Of a stretch of 64,000 bases of DNA, positions 34,372-43,693 are shown piece after piece. The DNA lies in the NCBI GenBank assembly GCA_965199055.1, contig CBDAQR010000003.1:329958-393957 (forward strand), read 5' to 3'. The translations under genes and the position numbers were made by a program. The stretch's first letter is position 1. Every line of letters begins with the position of its first letter. This stretch comes from Halieaceae bacterium. GTDB taxonomy: Bacteria > Pseudomonadota > Gammaproteobacteria > Pseudomonadales > Halieaceae. The notes below the pieces were generated by a model. That model was not told where the DNA came from, made no database searches, and saw only the letters and a list, made by a program, of their open reading frames with translations.

Positions 34372-36996
34372 AACCTTGAAGCCCAGCGAATATACACGGC
34401 CAATAGAAAAACTGTGGCTCATGTCGATGCCATCGAAATCTGCCAGATAAGGCGGCTCTTCATCCGTAATGTTGTCGACATTGAGTGAGACGCTGGCGCG
34501 ATCGAAAAGGCCGGTAACGGGTAGCTCGTAGTTCAGATACAGGTTCGCGACGGTAAACGAATCGAGATCCGTAGTGCCATTATCATAGCCGTCCTTATAC
34601 ACCACGGTTAACGCACCCTGCCATTGCTTCCAGTTAAAACCGAGGTTTCCATTCAGGCTCCACTCGATAGCATTTCCTTCGTCTAGTTCATCCACGCTTT
34701 CCCCTCCGGGAACGGGTGTGGCCTCACGTTCCAGCACGTAGTTACCCGCCAGACTAGCCGTCACTAGCACTTCTGAGATCAGGAGTGCCTGCGTCAGCTG
34801 AAAGTCCACACCACTGGTTTCGATCGAGGCGAGATTGGTGCGGCGCGCATCCGTGATGAGATAGGGCGTGAACGGACCGGCATAGAGGTCTTCGATGGAC
34901 TCGAACCCGTCGTAGCGATACCCATCCAAAATCGCTTCCGCCTGCTGCTGGGTGGGATTGGTCACGTAAAACTGTTCCAGCGAAGGATTAGTAAAGAACC
35001 ACGGTTGGAAAAATGGCACCACCGAAATCGCATTCTCGTAGTCGATGTCGTAATAGGTAGCGCTGATCCGAAGACCGTCCCCCAAATTAATGTCCCAGTC
35101 AAACCCGAGCGACCAGGTATCCGCTTCCTCAGATTCAAGTTCGTCGCCACCGCCGGCAAGCAGGATTGTGGGTCGCACCACATCGATCTGGCCGGCATCC
35201 GGTGCCAACCAGGGGCTGACTGGAATATATTGGGCTCGACTGTCCACAGACTGACCGCTGTCCGCCAAGTTCGGCGCCTGAAACGATGTGCCCCAGTTGC
35301 CGCGCACGAGAAAAGACGGTGTGGGTGACCAATTGAAACCGATCTTCGGGTTCGTCGTATCACCGACATCGCTATAGTCGTCATAGCGAGCGGCTAGGGA
35401 AAAATCGAGAGCGCCTATGGGGGAACTCGCCGCTAGCGCAGGCAGGAACAGCTCGCCGTAGAGAGACTTAACATCCCTGTCAAACTTGTTCGTGTAAAAG
35501 GTCGGCGAACTGAAGCTGGTGTCCGTCGCCCATTCCGGCTCTGTTTCCTGCTCCAAGTATTCAACGCCTATGGCAAGCTTGGCTTCTCCGGCCGGGAGCT
35601 CTATCAAAGGACCATCGGCAACACCGCGCAGCTGCAGTACATCCTGATCCGACCTTCCCCAGCCTGAGACATAGTCAGTCAAGCGGTCGATAACCGCCGG
35701 ATTGGTCTGCAGGACAGCGTAGGGATTAATAGCAGCATCCACCGTCGTTGCCACCAGGGCCTCTGCCTCATAGTCACGGTCAATCCCACCGGTCCGTGAC
35801 TCATTTTCACTCGCTCCGTAATTGACGCCCAGGCTAGCCAACCAGCCATTAGTGAGTGAGAACTGCAGCATGGCCATCACATTGTACGACTCGTATGCAC
35901 CAGTGCTCGGGTAGCCGCCACCGAAGACCTCTTCGTAACTAAACTCCACATTGTGGGCGTTTTCACCACCCAGGGGATCGAAGAACGGGTTAGCAGAGCT
36001 GATGCGCCCTCCTCCCTCTACCCCCGTGCTAGCACCGCCATTCTTTCCTTCGAAGTCTACATCCCGATCGGAATAAATCGCCGACAACTCAAACCGCATG
36101 CGCTCATTGAGTTGATGATTGAGTGAAGCAAACACTGTACCGCGCTCTTGCTCCGGCACCATCGAGATCAAGTCGGTCGGCTCACACAGATTTTGGCCCG
36201 GTTGACGGGTATCCATCCTGTAAGACTCCCCACCGACAATGATGTTACCGGGTGTGCAATTTGAGATGCGAAAATCCTGACCGCCCTTTGCGGTGTGGTT
36301 GCCGGAAATCCAGCTTCTGTCGTCACCCGTCAGTGAATCGTTCTCAGTCCAGTACAGTGAGATCAGACCGCCGCCGCCCTCCCACTGGGTACCCGCGGTC
36401 AAGGTGTATTCCTTATTGTCATAGTCGTCACCCCGACCGTACTTCCCAGCAAACTCAACCCCCGTAAACTCATCACGGGTGATAAAGTTGATTACGCCAC
36501 CGATAGCGTCCGAACCGTAGAGCGACGAGCCCCCGTCCGGAATAACCTCCAGCTGCTGCAGGATTGCTGGCGGGATCACCGATGCATCTGGCGTCGTTTG
36601 ATTAATGCCCGCGCCCGGTAGCCGCCAGCCATTCAGCAGCACCAGGGTGGTATTGCCACCCGAAGCGCCAAGACTCCGAATATTCGGCCGATTGATGGGC
36701 AGCCCAAGCTCCGTAGTCGGGACGGGCAAGGTGTTAAAGAAGTTGGTGACCTGGGGCACCTGGGCAAGCAGCTCGTTCGCTGATGTGACACCCGTGGCCT
36801 CAATCGCTTCACGGTCCATGTCCACCACATTGGTGCCAATGGGTGCAATGCCGCGAATTAGGGTACCCGTGACAGTCACCTCTTCGAGCACCGGGGACCC
36901 TTCTGCGTCTGACGCATCTTGTCCGAATGTTGCCAGGGGGAGACTGACTCTTAACAGCATTGTCAGACTACTGACTAAAATCACGCGCTTTTTCAT
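34363..36996 (-). CDS. TonB-dependent receptor
   Basis: It has a signal peptide, the plug motifs VLEEVTVTGT and SLYGSDAIGGVINFIT, and a C-terminal barrel ending GFKVSI. Its stop overlaps the convergent MATE gene by 9 nt. Confidence 0.93.
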   Translation of the reverse strand: MKKRVILVSSLTMLLRVSLPLATFGQDASDAEGSPVLEEVTVTGTLIRGIAPIGTNVVDMDREAIEATGVTSANELLAQVPQVTNFFNTLPVPTTELGLPINRPNIRSLGASGGNTTLVLLNGWRLPGAGINQTTPDASVIPPAILQQLEVIPDGGSSLYGSDAIGGVINFITRDEFTGVEFAGKYGRGDDYDNKEYTLTAGTQWEGGGGLISLYWTENDSLTGDDRSWISGNHTAKGGQDFRISNCTPGNIIVGGESYRMDTRQPGQNLCEPTDLISMVPEQERGTVFASLNHQLNERMRFELSAIYSDRDVDFEGKNGGASTGVEGGGRISSANPFFDPLGGENAHNVEFSYEEVFGGGYPSTGAYESYNVMAMLQFSLTNGWLASLGVNYGASENESRTGGIDRDYEAEALVATTVDAAINPYAVLQTNPAVIDRLTDYVSGWGRSDQDVLQLRGVADGPLIELPAGEAKLAIGVEYLEQETEPEWATDTSFSSPTFYTNKFDRDVKSLYGELFLPALAASSPIGALDFSLAARYDDYSDVGDTTNPKIGFNWSPTPSFLVRGNWGTSFQAPNLADSGQSVDSRAQYIPVSPWLAPDAGQIDVVRPTILLAGGGDELESEEADTWSLGFDWDINLGDGLRISATYYDIDYENAISVVPFFQPWFFTNPSLEQFYVTNPTQQQAEAILDGYRYDGFESIEDLYAGPFTPYLITDARRTNLASIETSGVDFQLTQALLISEVLVTASLAGNYVLEREATPVPGGESVDELDEGNAIEWSLNGNLGFNWKQWQGALTVVYKDGYDNGTTDLDSFTVANLYLNYELPVTGLFDRASVSLNVDNITDEEPPYLADFDGIDMSHSFSIGRVYSLGFKVSI

Positions 36997-37000
36997 CCTG

Positions 37001-40000
37001 CTATTTCCTCAGTATTTTCACCGGACCAGCCAGCCCTGCCTCACCCAGATGCGCCTCGAACTGCTCCAGCTCTTTGTCCATAAGCGCTTTGGAGCTGACC
37101 AGCGAATTTCTCAGAGCCGGCGTAATCTGCACCTGCAGCCGATTGGCACCCGGCTGCACCGCTTCAGTGATATCAAACAGAAACGGATCGAATGATTTCA
37201 GTGGAAGGCGCTGCCCATTGAGCTCGACATGGGCGATACCGGAGACCCTTCCCAAATCGAGCACATACCGACGTCGCTTCTCATCCGCCTGTAACACAAA
37301 CGACATCTCATACAGCAGATGTACCGGGTCGCCATCTAGATAAGGCAATTTGCGTATCATTGAGAGTCCGGGCGTGACAGCAATAGTGTCCGCAGCTGTG
37401 CGGACAATCCTATTGCCATCAAGCATGGAGACCAGTTCCGCATCCTCAGTCAGCACCGACAGCGATCTTCCAGATGGCGCCAGCTCGGCATCTGTAAACA
37501 AGAGAAAGCGCGACTCCAGGGGCATCAGCGACAATTCGAATACGCCTTCTTCGGTAGGCTCCGCCGCCCACAGCGCGCCGGAGGCGGCGTCGAACCAGTA
37601 GGCCCGCGCCGGCCGTATATTTGACGCAGGAATCAAGCGTGCACTTTGCGCCTGCAACGAGCGATTCACCAGCAAGTGCGACTGGTTGGCATCCGGGCCG
37701 CGGCGGCTGAAGCGGCGCACATCGCTTGAACCATCTACCTGAAGCCATGCCTGTATTTTTGCGGCCAGTTCTGCACCACTGGCGACAGTACGTCCCTGCG
37801 CCAACCGACCCACTCCCGCAGCTACCTGCTCATCTCTCTCGGCATATTGTGAAAAGCCAGGCTGGCGATTCGCCAATTTGCCCAGGAAGTAAACTGGCAG
37901 CCCCTCCGCCGTGATGGATGCAAGCGCCTGCACAGACTCGAGTGGCATGGCCTCTACGTCAGGCACCAGCACTGCCTGATGATGAGCCGAGTGGACTTTA
38001 CCCGCTTGCAAGGCGTGACCATTGACCCAACTCCAGGTAATACCGCGCGCGTCGAGCGCCTTAAGCGTCGGTATCAGGCGCTCCAGCCAGACCAGGCGCG
38101 GGTCCTTCTCTCGAGGGAGGAACTTAATGAGGGGCATGTCCACACCTCCCTCCTTCGGTGGTCTGGGTCCGTCACCGGGCAACATGCCGGCGAACAGAAG
38201 CTCTTCTCCGGCTAAAGCCGAATCCTCAATTGACTTGGGGAAACCCAGGAAGGGGTAATACACCAGCACGTCCACACTCGGCTCACCTGCCTGCAGGATA
38301 TGCTGACTGCGTTTTATGTAATCATTCAATTCCGGTAATGCAGTCCAGGTCGGTGTGCTGGGACCGTAGTTATCAGAGAAGCCACTGGGGTTTCCCGGGC
38401 CCTGGAACGGGTACCAGCCCAACCAATCGAAAGTTTGCTTGTAGGCTTCATGCTCACTGGTATACGGGATACCGTGAAAAATCACTTGGTTTACTCCCGA
38501 CAGGAACAACAGGTCAGCGCCGGCCTTGATATGTCTTGGCGTCACAGCATAGGCACGTTTGCGCCACACAAAGGATTCCGCGCTGACTACAGGCCTTTCG
38601 TAGAGTAGTCCCGCGGCTCCCGCTAGCTTCATAACCAACTCGGAGCTACTACCCCACAAGTGCTCGGTTTCCGGTATGTGATTGGCACCAAGCGCTCGAA
38701 TGGTGTCCATCTCGAAGCCGTAGGTTTGTCCCTTGGACACCAGCCCACGCTGTTCGGCCCAGTCCATGGAGTTTTCAGCAAAGCGCTCGATCACAAGATC
38801 CGATAAGGTCAACTGGTAGTCGTAGCGAATACGTTCATCGCTTTCGTCAATCAGGAAACTTGGCGCAGAAGTATTGCGGCCGACGTCACGCACAAAGAAG
38901 TTATCGTAGGCATCAACATACACAGCCGGAAGATGTGGGACCAAGTCATAGCCCCGCCGTGCAGCGAAGGCATCGAGAATATCTTTGGATGCAAGTCGGT
39001 CAAGCTTGAACTCAAGGCTGTCATTAAAGAAACCCTTGAAAGCCCCGCCATAGTGGCGAGTCAATCCGGTGCGACTACCGAAGGCAAAGTCATAATGCGC
39101 ACGCACGCGTTCTAGATCCAGGTGATCGATCACATAGCCCGGCTGCTCTGCGGCCACCAGTGTTGGCGCTTCGCCCGAGGGCATGAGATAACTGGCTATG
39201 ATAACCCACTCCCCTTCCGGCACCCGCCACTTAAGTTGGCCACGCTCAACCCTGTCTGTCAGCACAATGATAGAGCTGGCGTCTAGCTCTAGCGTATCGG
39301 TCGCATCCAATGGATTGCCCGCTCGGTGACCGCCACGCACTTGGGCGGCGTGCACAGCAAGCAGCTGCCGTTGTTCTACGGCGAAGTGGCTAAGCTCCAT
39401 ACCAATAAACTGTTCAGCCACTGCCATCAGATAGTCCTGCACTGATGGCGATGGCAAGGGCAGATCGACCTGCTTAGCCGCACCGCCACTCACAAACCGT
39501 TCCCCGAAGCGCAGCTTCCACAGGCCGTCCTCTAGTCCTACCTGCGGTCCGCCCGCAGGCCAGCCGCTGAGGTGATTTAGGTATACCTGCATATCCAGGT
39601 CGTCTGCGCAGTCCATGAATTGCGCAAACGTAGAAAACCACTCATCACTACCAAAACCGTTGATTCTCTTTTGTGTTGCCCGCTCCTCGATGGCCGCCAG
39701 CCCAGCGTTGAAGGGCTGAATCTCTACGCCCCCAAAACCCGCCTCACGCAAGTCCGCAAGCTGATCACAGGCAGAAGCTGCGTCTACGTCACCGCCCGGC
39801 CACCACCAGCGGGTCCAGGCACGAAATCTATCCGGCGGCTCTGCGAGCCGCTGGAGGTTCAATACCGCTTGTTGATCTCGAACTGGACTGGCCCGCACGG
39901 GGTTAGGCGCGGGCTCGGCGTAATCGCGTATATCTGAGTATTCCGCGGCCTCAGGCGCATCCAAATTGTTCCTGATCTCACTCATAAACCAGCCGACAGC

Positions 40001-40072
40001 GAGCGCGACAAGCAATAGCAAGGCGAGCGGGGCGAAGAGCAGGTATTTGAAGAAGGCACGAGCAGCGGTCAT
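37001..40072 (-). CDS. large membrane-anchored glycosyl-hydrolase-like protein (GH106-like, tentative)
   Basis: It has an N-terminal TM anchor, then RAWTRWWWPGGDVD...GFGGVEIQPF, resembling the N-terminal region of GH106-type glycosidases. The C-terminus is a galactose-binding-like domain (VELNGQRLPL...FDITEAVQPGANRLQVQI). It starts 4 nt after the start... rather, its stop lies 4 nt from the receptor gene start. The family call is from memory. Confidence 0.6.
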   Translation of the reverse strand: MTAARAFFKYLLFAPLALLLLVALAVGWFMSEIRNNLDAPEAAEYSDIRDYAEPAPNPVRASPVRDQQAVLNLQRLAEPPDRFRAWTRWWWPGGDVDAASACDQLADLREAGFGGVEIQPFNAGLAAIEERATQKRINGFGSDEWFSTFAQFMDCADDLDMQVYLNHLSGWPAGGPQVGLEDGLWKLRFGERFVSGGAAKQVDLPLPSPSVQDYLMAVAEQFIGMELSHFAVEQRQLLAVHAAQVRGGHRAGNPLDATDTLELDASSIIVLTDRVERGQLKWRVPEGEWVIIASYLMPSGEAPTLVAAEQPGYVIDHLDLERVRAHYDFAFGSRTGLTRHYGGAFKGFFNDSLEFKLDRLASKDILDAFAARRGYDLVPHLPAVYVDAYDNFFVRDVGRNTSAPSFLIDESDERIRYDYQLTLSDLVIERFAENSMDWAEQRGLVSKGQTYGFEMDTIRALGANHIPETEHLWGSSSELVMKLAGAAGLLYERPVVSAESFVWRKRAYAVTPRHIKAGADLLFLSGVNQVIFHGIPYTSEHEAYKQTFDWLGWYPFQGPGNPSGFSDNYGPSTPTWTALPELNDYIKRSQHILQAGEPSVDVLVYYPFLGFPKSIEDSALAGEELLFAGMLPGDGPRPPKEGGVDMPLIKFLPREKDPRLVWLERLIPTLKALDARGITWSWVNGHALQAGKVHSAHHQAVLVPDVEAMPLESVQALASITAEGLPVYFLGKLANRQPGFSQYAERDEQVAAGVGRLAQGRTVASGAELAAKIQAWLQVDGSSDVRRFSRRGPDANQSHLLVNRSLQAQSARLIPASNIRPARAYWFDAASGALWAAEPTEEGVFELSLMPLESRFLLFTDAELAPSGRSLSVLTEDAELVSMLDGNRIVRTAADTIAVTPGLSMIRKLPYLDGDPVHLLYEMSFVLQADEKRRRYVLDLGRVSGIAHVELNGQRLPLKSFDPFLFDITEAVQPGANRLQVQITPALRNSLVSSKALMDKELEQFEAHLGEAGLAGPVKILRK

Positions 40073-40107
40073 GGCGTTTAGTACAGCGCTAATATTTTTA
40101 TAATCTC

Positions 40108-40135
40108 CATTCATTAACCACTTGGATAATGAATG
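40108..40135. promoter_or_regulatory. 9-bp perfect inverted repeat CATTCATTA-N10-TAATGAATG, candidate TetR operator
   Basis: The arms are at 40108-40116 and 40127-40135, in the AT-rich divergent region between the hydrolase/receptor operon and the esterase-TetR operon. Confidence 0.45.
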
Positions 40136-40189
40136 TTTATGGATCATACTGCCTCGATATTGAGAGGGCAAGCGGGAGCAGCAAAAACC

Positions 40190-41092
40190 GTGAAGATCGA
40201 ACGTCTGGCGCGAGCTCTATTACTGATCTGCTTTTGGCAGGGAGGCGTCGCCGCGCAAGAAGAGACAATTCAGCTATGGCCGAATGGCGCACCCGGCAGC
40301 GAGCACTGGGAACAGGTGGAAACGGAAACCCTGGACTTTCTGCCTCACCGCGTCGTACGTAATGTGGTCAATCCTACGCTGCAACCATTCCTGGCTGCCT
40401 CAGAAAACAACTCAGGTGTGGCAGTGATTGTTGCCCCGGGCGGCGGCTTTCAATTCCTTTCCATCGAAACAGAAGGGACGCAGGTGGCCGAATGGCTACA
40501 AGAACAGGGCATTAATGCTTTTGTACTGAAATACCGACTCGATGAAACAGCCAAAAACGATAGTATCTTCAAACTCCAGGTTGCCTGGATGTTCTTCTCG
40601 GCCATGATGAGGGGTGACGAGTATCCCGAAATTCCGTTGTCCCAGACCCAGCCCCTTGCAATTGAAGACGGCATGGCGGCGGTTCGATACATTCGTCAGC
40701 ACGCTGACAAATGGGGTATTCAGTCCAACGCCATAGGCATACTTGGTTTCTCGGCGGGCGGCGCAGTCGCGACCGGTACTGCTATGCGAGGCTCTGACAG
40801 CAGCCGCCCTGACTTTGTGGGTTCTGTCTATGGTGTACCCGATACAGCCAGCGTTCCCGAAAATGCCCCACCCCTATACATCGTAGCAACGAAAGACGAT
40901 CCGGTGGTTCCCTGGCGGCTAAGCGAGCTACTGAGCGAGCGCTGGGAGAACTCTGGATACGACAGCACTTTGGTCACCTATGCCGATGGCGGACATGGCT
41001 TTGGTATGCAGGAGAAAGGCGCCAGCAGCGATGACTGGATCGAAGGTTTCCACCGCTGGCTTTTAGCTAAAATAAGGAATGAAGCGAATTGA
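40190..41092 (+). CDS. exported alpha/beta hydrolase (esterase/lipase type)
   Basis: It has VIVAPGGGF (oxyanion region), the nucleophile elbow GFSAGG and GGHGF near the C-terminus. I prefer the GTG start at 40190 with GGGAG 11 nt upstream, which gives a normal signal peptide; the track start is 40133. Confidence 0.8.
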   Translation: MKIERLARALLLICFWQGGVAAQEETIQLWPNGAPGSEHWEQVETETLDFLPHRVVRNVVNPTLQPFLAASENNSGVAVIVAPGGGFQFLSIETEGTQVAEWLQEQGINAFVLKYRLDETAKNDSIFKLQVAWMFFSAMMRGDEYPEIPLSQTQPLAIEDGMAAVRYIRQHADKWGIQSNAIGILGFSAGGAVATGTAMRGSDSSRPDFVGSVYGVPDTASVPENAPPLYIVATKDDPVVPWRLSELLSERWENSGYDSTLVTYADGGHGFGMQEKGASSDDWIEGFHRWLLAKIRNEAN

Positions 41093-41765
41093 TACCGAGG
41101 CAACAACCGTGACGGCCGATGCAGACACTTCCGCTGCAGGCGTTCGAGCAAAGCAGAAACAGGAAACCCGGAAACGGGTTCTGAGCGCCGCACTGCTGGA
41201 GTTTTCGCAGAAGGGATTTGACAGCGCCAGTCTGCGCACCATTTCAGCTAACGCAGGCGTGAATCACGGGCTTATCAAATACCACTTCCACAGCAAGGAG
41301 GAACTCTGGAAAGCCGCGGTGGATTTCCTTTTTCGGCGACTGCACGAAGCGGTAGCGGAGCCCGAAGAGGACAAATCGAAGACGCGATCCGAAAGATTGA
41401 GACTGTGGATTCGTCGCTACGTCCGCTATTGTTCTGAACACCCGGAGCACGCGCGCATTATGGTCCAGGAATCAATTCGCGACTCCGAACGACTGCGTTG
41501 GGCCGCGGAGAAACACATTGGCGCCGACCATCAGGTTCTTCTGCAAAGCTTGCCGAGAGACCTTGATCTCAGCCGATTCCCCAACATTGACATGAAGATT
41601 CTTATCTACGTGCTCAATGCGGCCATGCAGGCGCCCTTCACTCTCGCCGCGGAGATCCGACATATCTACGCTATGGACGTCTACCAAGACGAATTTGTGG
41701 AAACTTACGCCGACAGTCTCTTCGACCTGTTCTACCGACCCTATCTCGCCAACACCGATAGTTAA
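41079..41765 (+). CDS. TetR/AcrR-family transcriptional regulator
   Basis: It has the HTH RKRVLSAALLEFSQKGFDSASLRTISANAGVNHGLIKYHFHSKEELW. It overlaps the esterase gene by 14 nt. Confidence 0.9.
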   Translation: MKRIDTEATTVTADADTSAAGVRAKQKQETRKRVLSAALLEFSQKGFDSASLRTISANAGVNHGLIKYHFHSKEELWKAAVDFLFRRLHEAVAEPEEDKSKTRSERLRLWIRRYVRYCSEHPEHARIMVQESIRDSERLRWAAEKHIGADHQVLLQSLPRDLDLSRFPNIDMKILIYVLNAAMQAPFTLAAEIRHIYAMDVYQDEFVETYADSLFDLFYRPYLANTDS

Positions 41766-41818
41766 TCTCACTGCAGCAATTACACTGAGCCATTCGTGGA
41801 TGTTGGCGCGACACCTGA

Positions 41819-42676
41819 TCAGAAACCAGCTACTTGCTCCAGGGTCGTCCCTCTGATCGACTGAACCAGGTACAGGGCGCCGGTAACCAGTTTGAGGGGT
41901 GCCGGCGTGGCAACTTCCTTGGCAAATTCCGGCTTCGCCCGCAGCCCCTCATACCAGCGACACACCGCCGGATGGAGCCTGGCGAATGGGTAGCCGGCTG
42001 CCGTTAATCGGTCGGCATAAATAAACCAGGCAATATCCAGAAGCGTGATCTGCTCACCGGCCAGATAAGGACTCGAACCCAGTTGTTGCTCTAGGCGCTC
42101 ATAAACCCTTCTAAAATTCTCCGCCGCTTGCCGGGCCTGAGCGTCTGTCACACCCTGCTTCGCGTAGTTCCTCCAAAACTCCAGTTCATGCGCCTTGTGC
42201 GGATCCTGCTCGCCACCGATCGTACCCGCATCCTGCTCGAAGGTATTGATGGCTTTGGGCTTCTTCTGCGCGAGGAACATGGGGAATAGGAAACGCATGG
42301 TCAGAATCCGGATGTCCAGATGCAGATCGTCCTCTTCCTTTAAGGCAGCGATCATTTGCGCATGGGAGTCCGGCGGAATCAGTCGCGGCTCGGGAAAGGT
42401 CTCATCCAGGTAAGCCAGAATGTCGTTGCTTTCGATATGTACCGCGCCATCGTGAACGAGAACCGGCACCAACCCGCGCGGGTTAACGCCTAAAAACCAG
42501 GGCTCGTAGTTTTTCTGCGCGGCGAGGTTGACGTGATGCGGTGTCCAATCAATGCCTTTCAGGTTAAGGAATATGCGCGTTTTTTGGGAACAGGAAGAAC
42601 CGCTGAAGTGAAACAGGTGCAAGCCTTTCCACTCCAGAATTTCCCTAGTCGTAATATCGCTTTCAAGCAGTTGCAT
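41819..42676 (-). CDS. glutathione S-transferase family protein (zeta-like SSC motif)
   Basis: It has the thioredoxin-like N-domain FSGSSCSQKTRIFLNLKGI and the motif VPVLVHDGAVHIESNDILAYL. It is the last gene of the minus-strand aromatic operon. Confidence 0.8.
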   Translation of the reverse strand: MQLLESDITTREILEWKGLHLFHFSGSSCSQKTRIFLNLKGIDWTPHHVNLAAQKNYEPWFLGVNPRGLVPVLVHDGAVHIESNDILAYLDETFPEPRLIPPDSHAQMIAALKEEDDLHLDIRILTMRFLFPMFLAQKKPKAINTFEQDAGTIGGEQDPHKAHELEFWRNYAKQGVTDAQARQAAENFRRVYERLEQQLGSSPYLAGEQITLLDIAWFIYADRLTAAGYPFARLHPAVCRWYEGLRAKPEFAKEVATPAPLKLVTGALYLVQSIRGTTLEQVAGF

Positions 42677-42685
42677 AAGTCACCT

Positions 42686-43693
42686 TCAGGACGCCGACTG
42701 GGCGCGGGCCCTTAAAACCCGAATCAGGTTCTTGATCACCTTGAAATTGAAGCGCGCGATCAGAAAACCGGGCGAAGGATCAGGCCCCCAGTAGTCTTTC
42801 ACTCCGGACACCGGTGTATCCTGCGCCTGGTGGGTCTCATTAACAAGATCGGTGTCGGTCCAGTGTTCATGGATAACGCCAAACGGGCTGCGCCAGTAAT
42901 CGAAAATCTGGCCACCCAACAGATGCCGACCAATACCCCAGACATGCTTGCGTTTACGCCGTTTCAAATACTCATGGCCTGACATCAGGTCATCCAAGTT
43001 ACCCACTTCAAAAGCGACATGCTGGACTCGAACACCCTCATCCATCGCAAACTGAAACCCCACCACATGATGGTCGACGTAATCCTGGCCGCGATCCAGG
43101 CGCGAGAAGATCATCATGGGGGATCCATCGGGCAAGCGCACCGCGTCGGAGGTTGTTAATCCGATACGCGCGTTGTACCAAGCGTACAGACTGCCGGGAT
43201 CCGCACTCTCCAGCACAAGATGTCCAATCCTGCGAACCTTGGAAGGACCGTGTTCGACTCCCGGCAGCACACCGACCCTGTCGTAGGAACCGTTCATATT
43301 GAAGGTGTGTGATGGCGCCGGGTCCAGGGGCTCAAGTCCAGCGCGGCCATAGACGATCTCAAGCTGCATACCATTGGGATCTGTGAGCCTGACGACCTGG
43401 CCACCCGCCGGTTCGTTCAGTGCCTCCACCGCGGAGGCACCCTCTATTTGAGCGATGGTCTCAAGATCTTCCAGACTATCAGCTTCAAACGCTAGCGCCG
43501 TGACATCGCGATCGCCCTGCGACAGCACGTAACAGGGAGGCCCCTCGTCGGTACCCCGCAGATAAACGGCGCCACCCTCGCGGGCGGCCACCTGCAGCCC
43601 AAACTCGTCCAGAAACTTTTCGGCCTTGGCCATATCCGGCGCTTCAACGCGAACATAGGCAAGACGTTTTACTTTAATCGTCGGTTCAGTCAT
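42686..43693 (-). CDS. two-domain VOC-superfamily extradiol dioxygenase-like protein
   Basis: It has two glyoxalase/dioxygenase modules (RLAYVRVEAPDMAKAEKFLDEFGL; IGHLVLESADPGSLYAWY; VQHVAFEV) and is 335 aa. Confidence 0.8.
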   Translation of the reverse strand: MTEPTIKVKRLAYVRVEAPDMAKAEKFLDEFGLQVAAREGGAVYLRGTDEGPPCYVLSQGDRDVTALAFEADSLEDLETIAQIEGASAVEALNEPAGGQVVRLTDPNGMQLEIVYGRAGLEPLDPAPSHTFNMNGSYDRVGVLPGVEHGPSKVRRIGHLVLESADPGSLYAWYNARIGLTTSDAVRLPDGSPMMIFSRLDRGQDYVDHHVVGFQFAMDEGVRVQHVAFEVGNLDDLMSGHEYLKRRKRKHVWGIGRHLLGGQIFDYWRSPFGVIHEHWTDTDLVNETHQAQDTPVSGVKDYWGPDPSPGFLIARFNFKVIKNLIRVLRARAQSAS

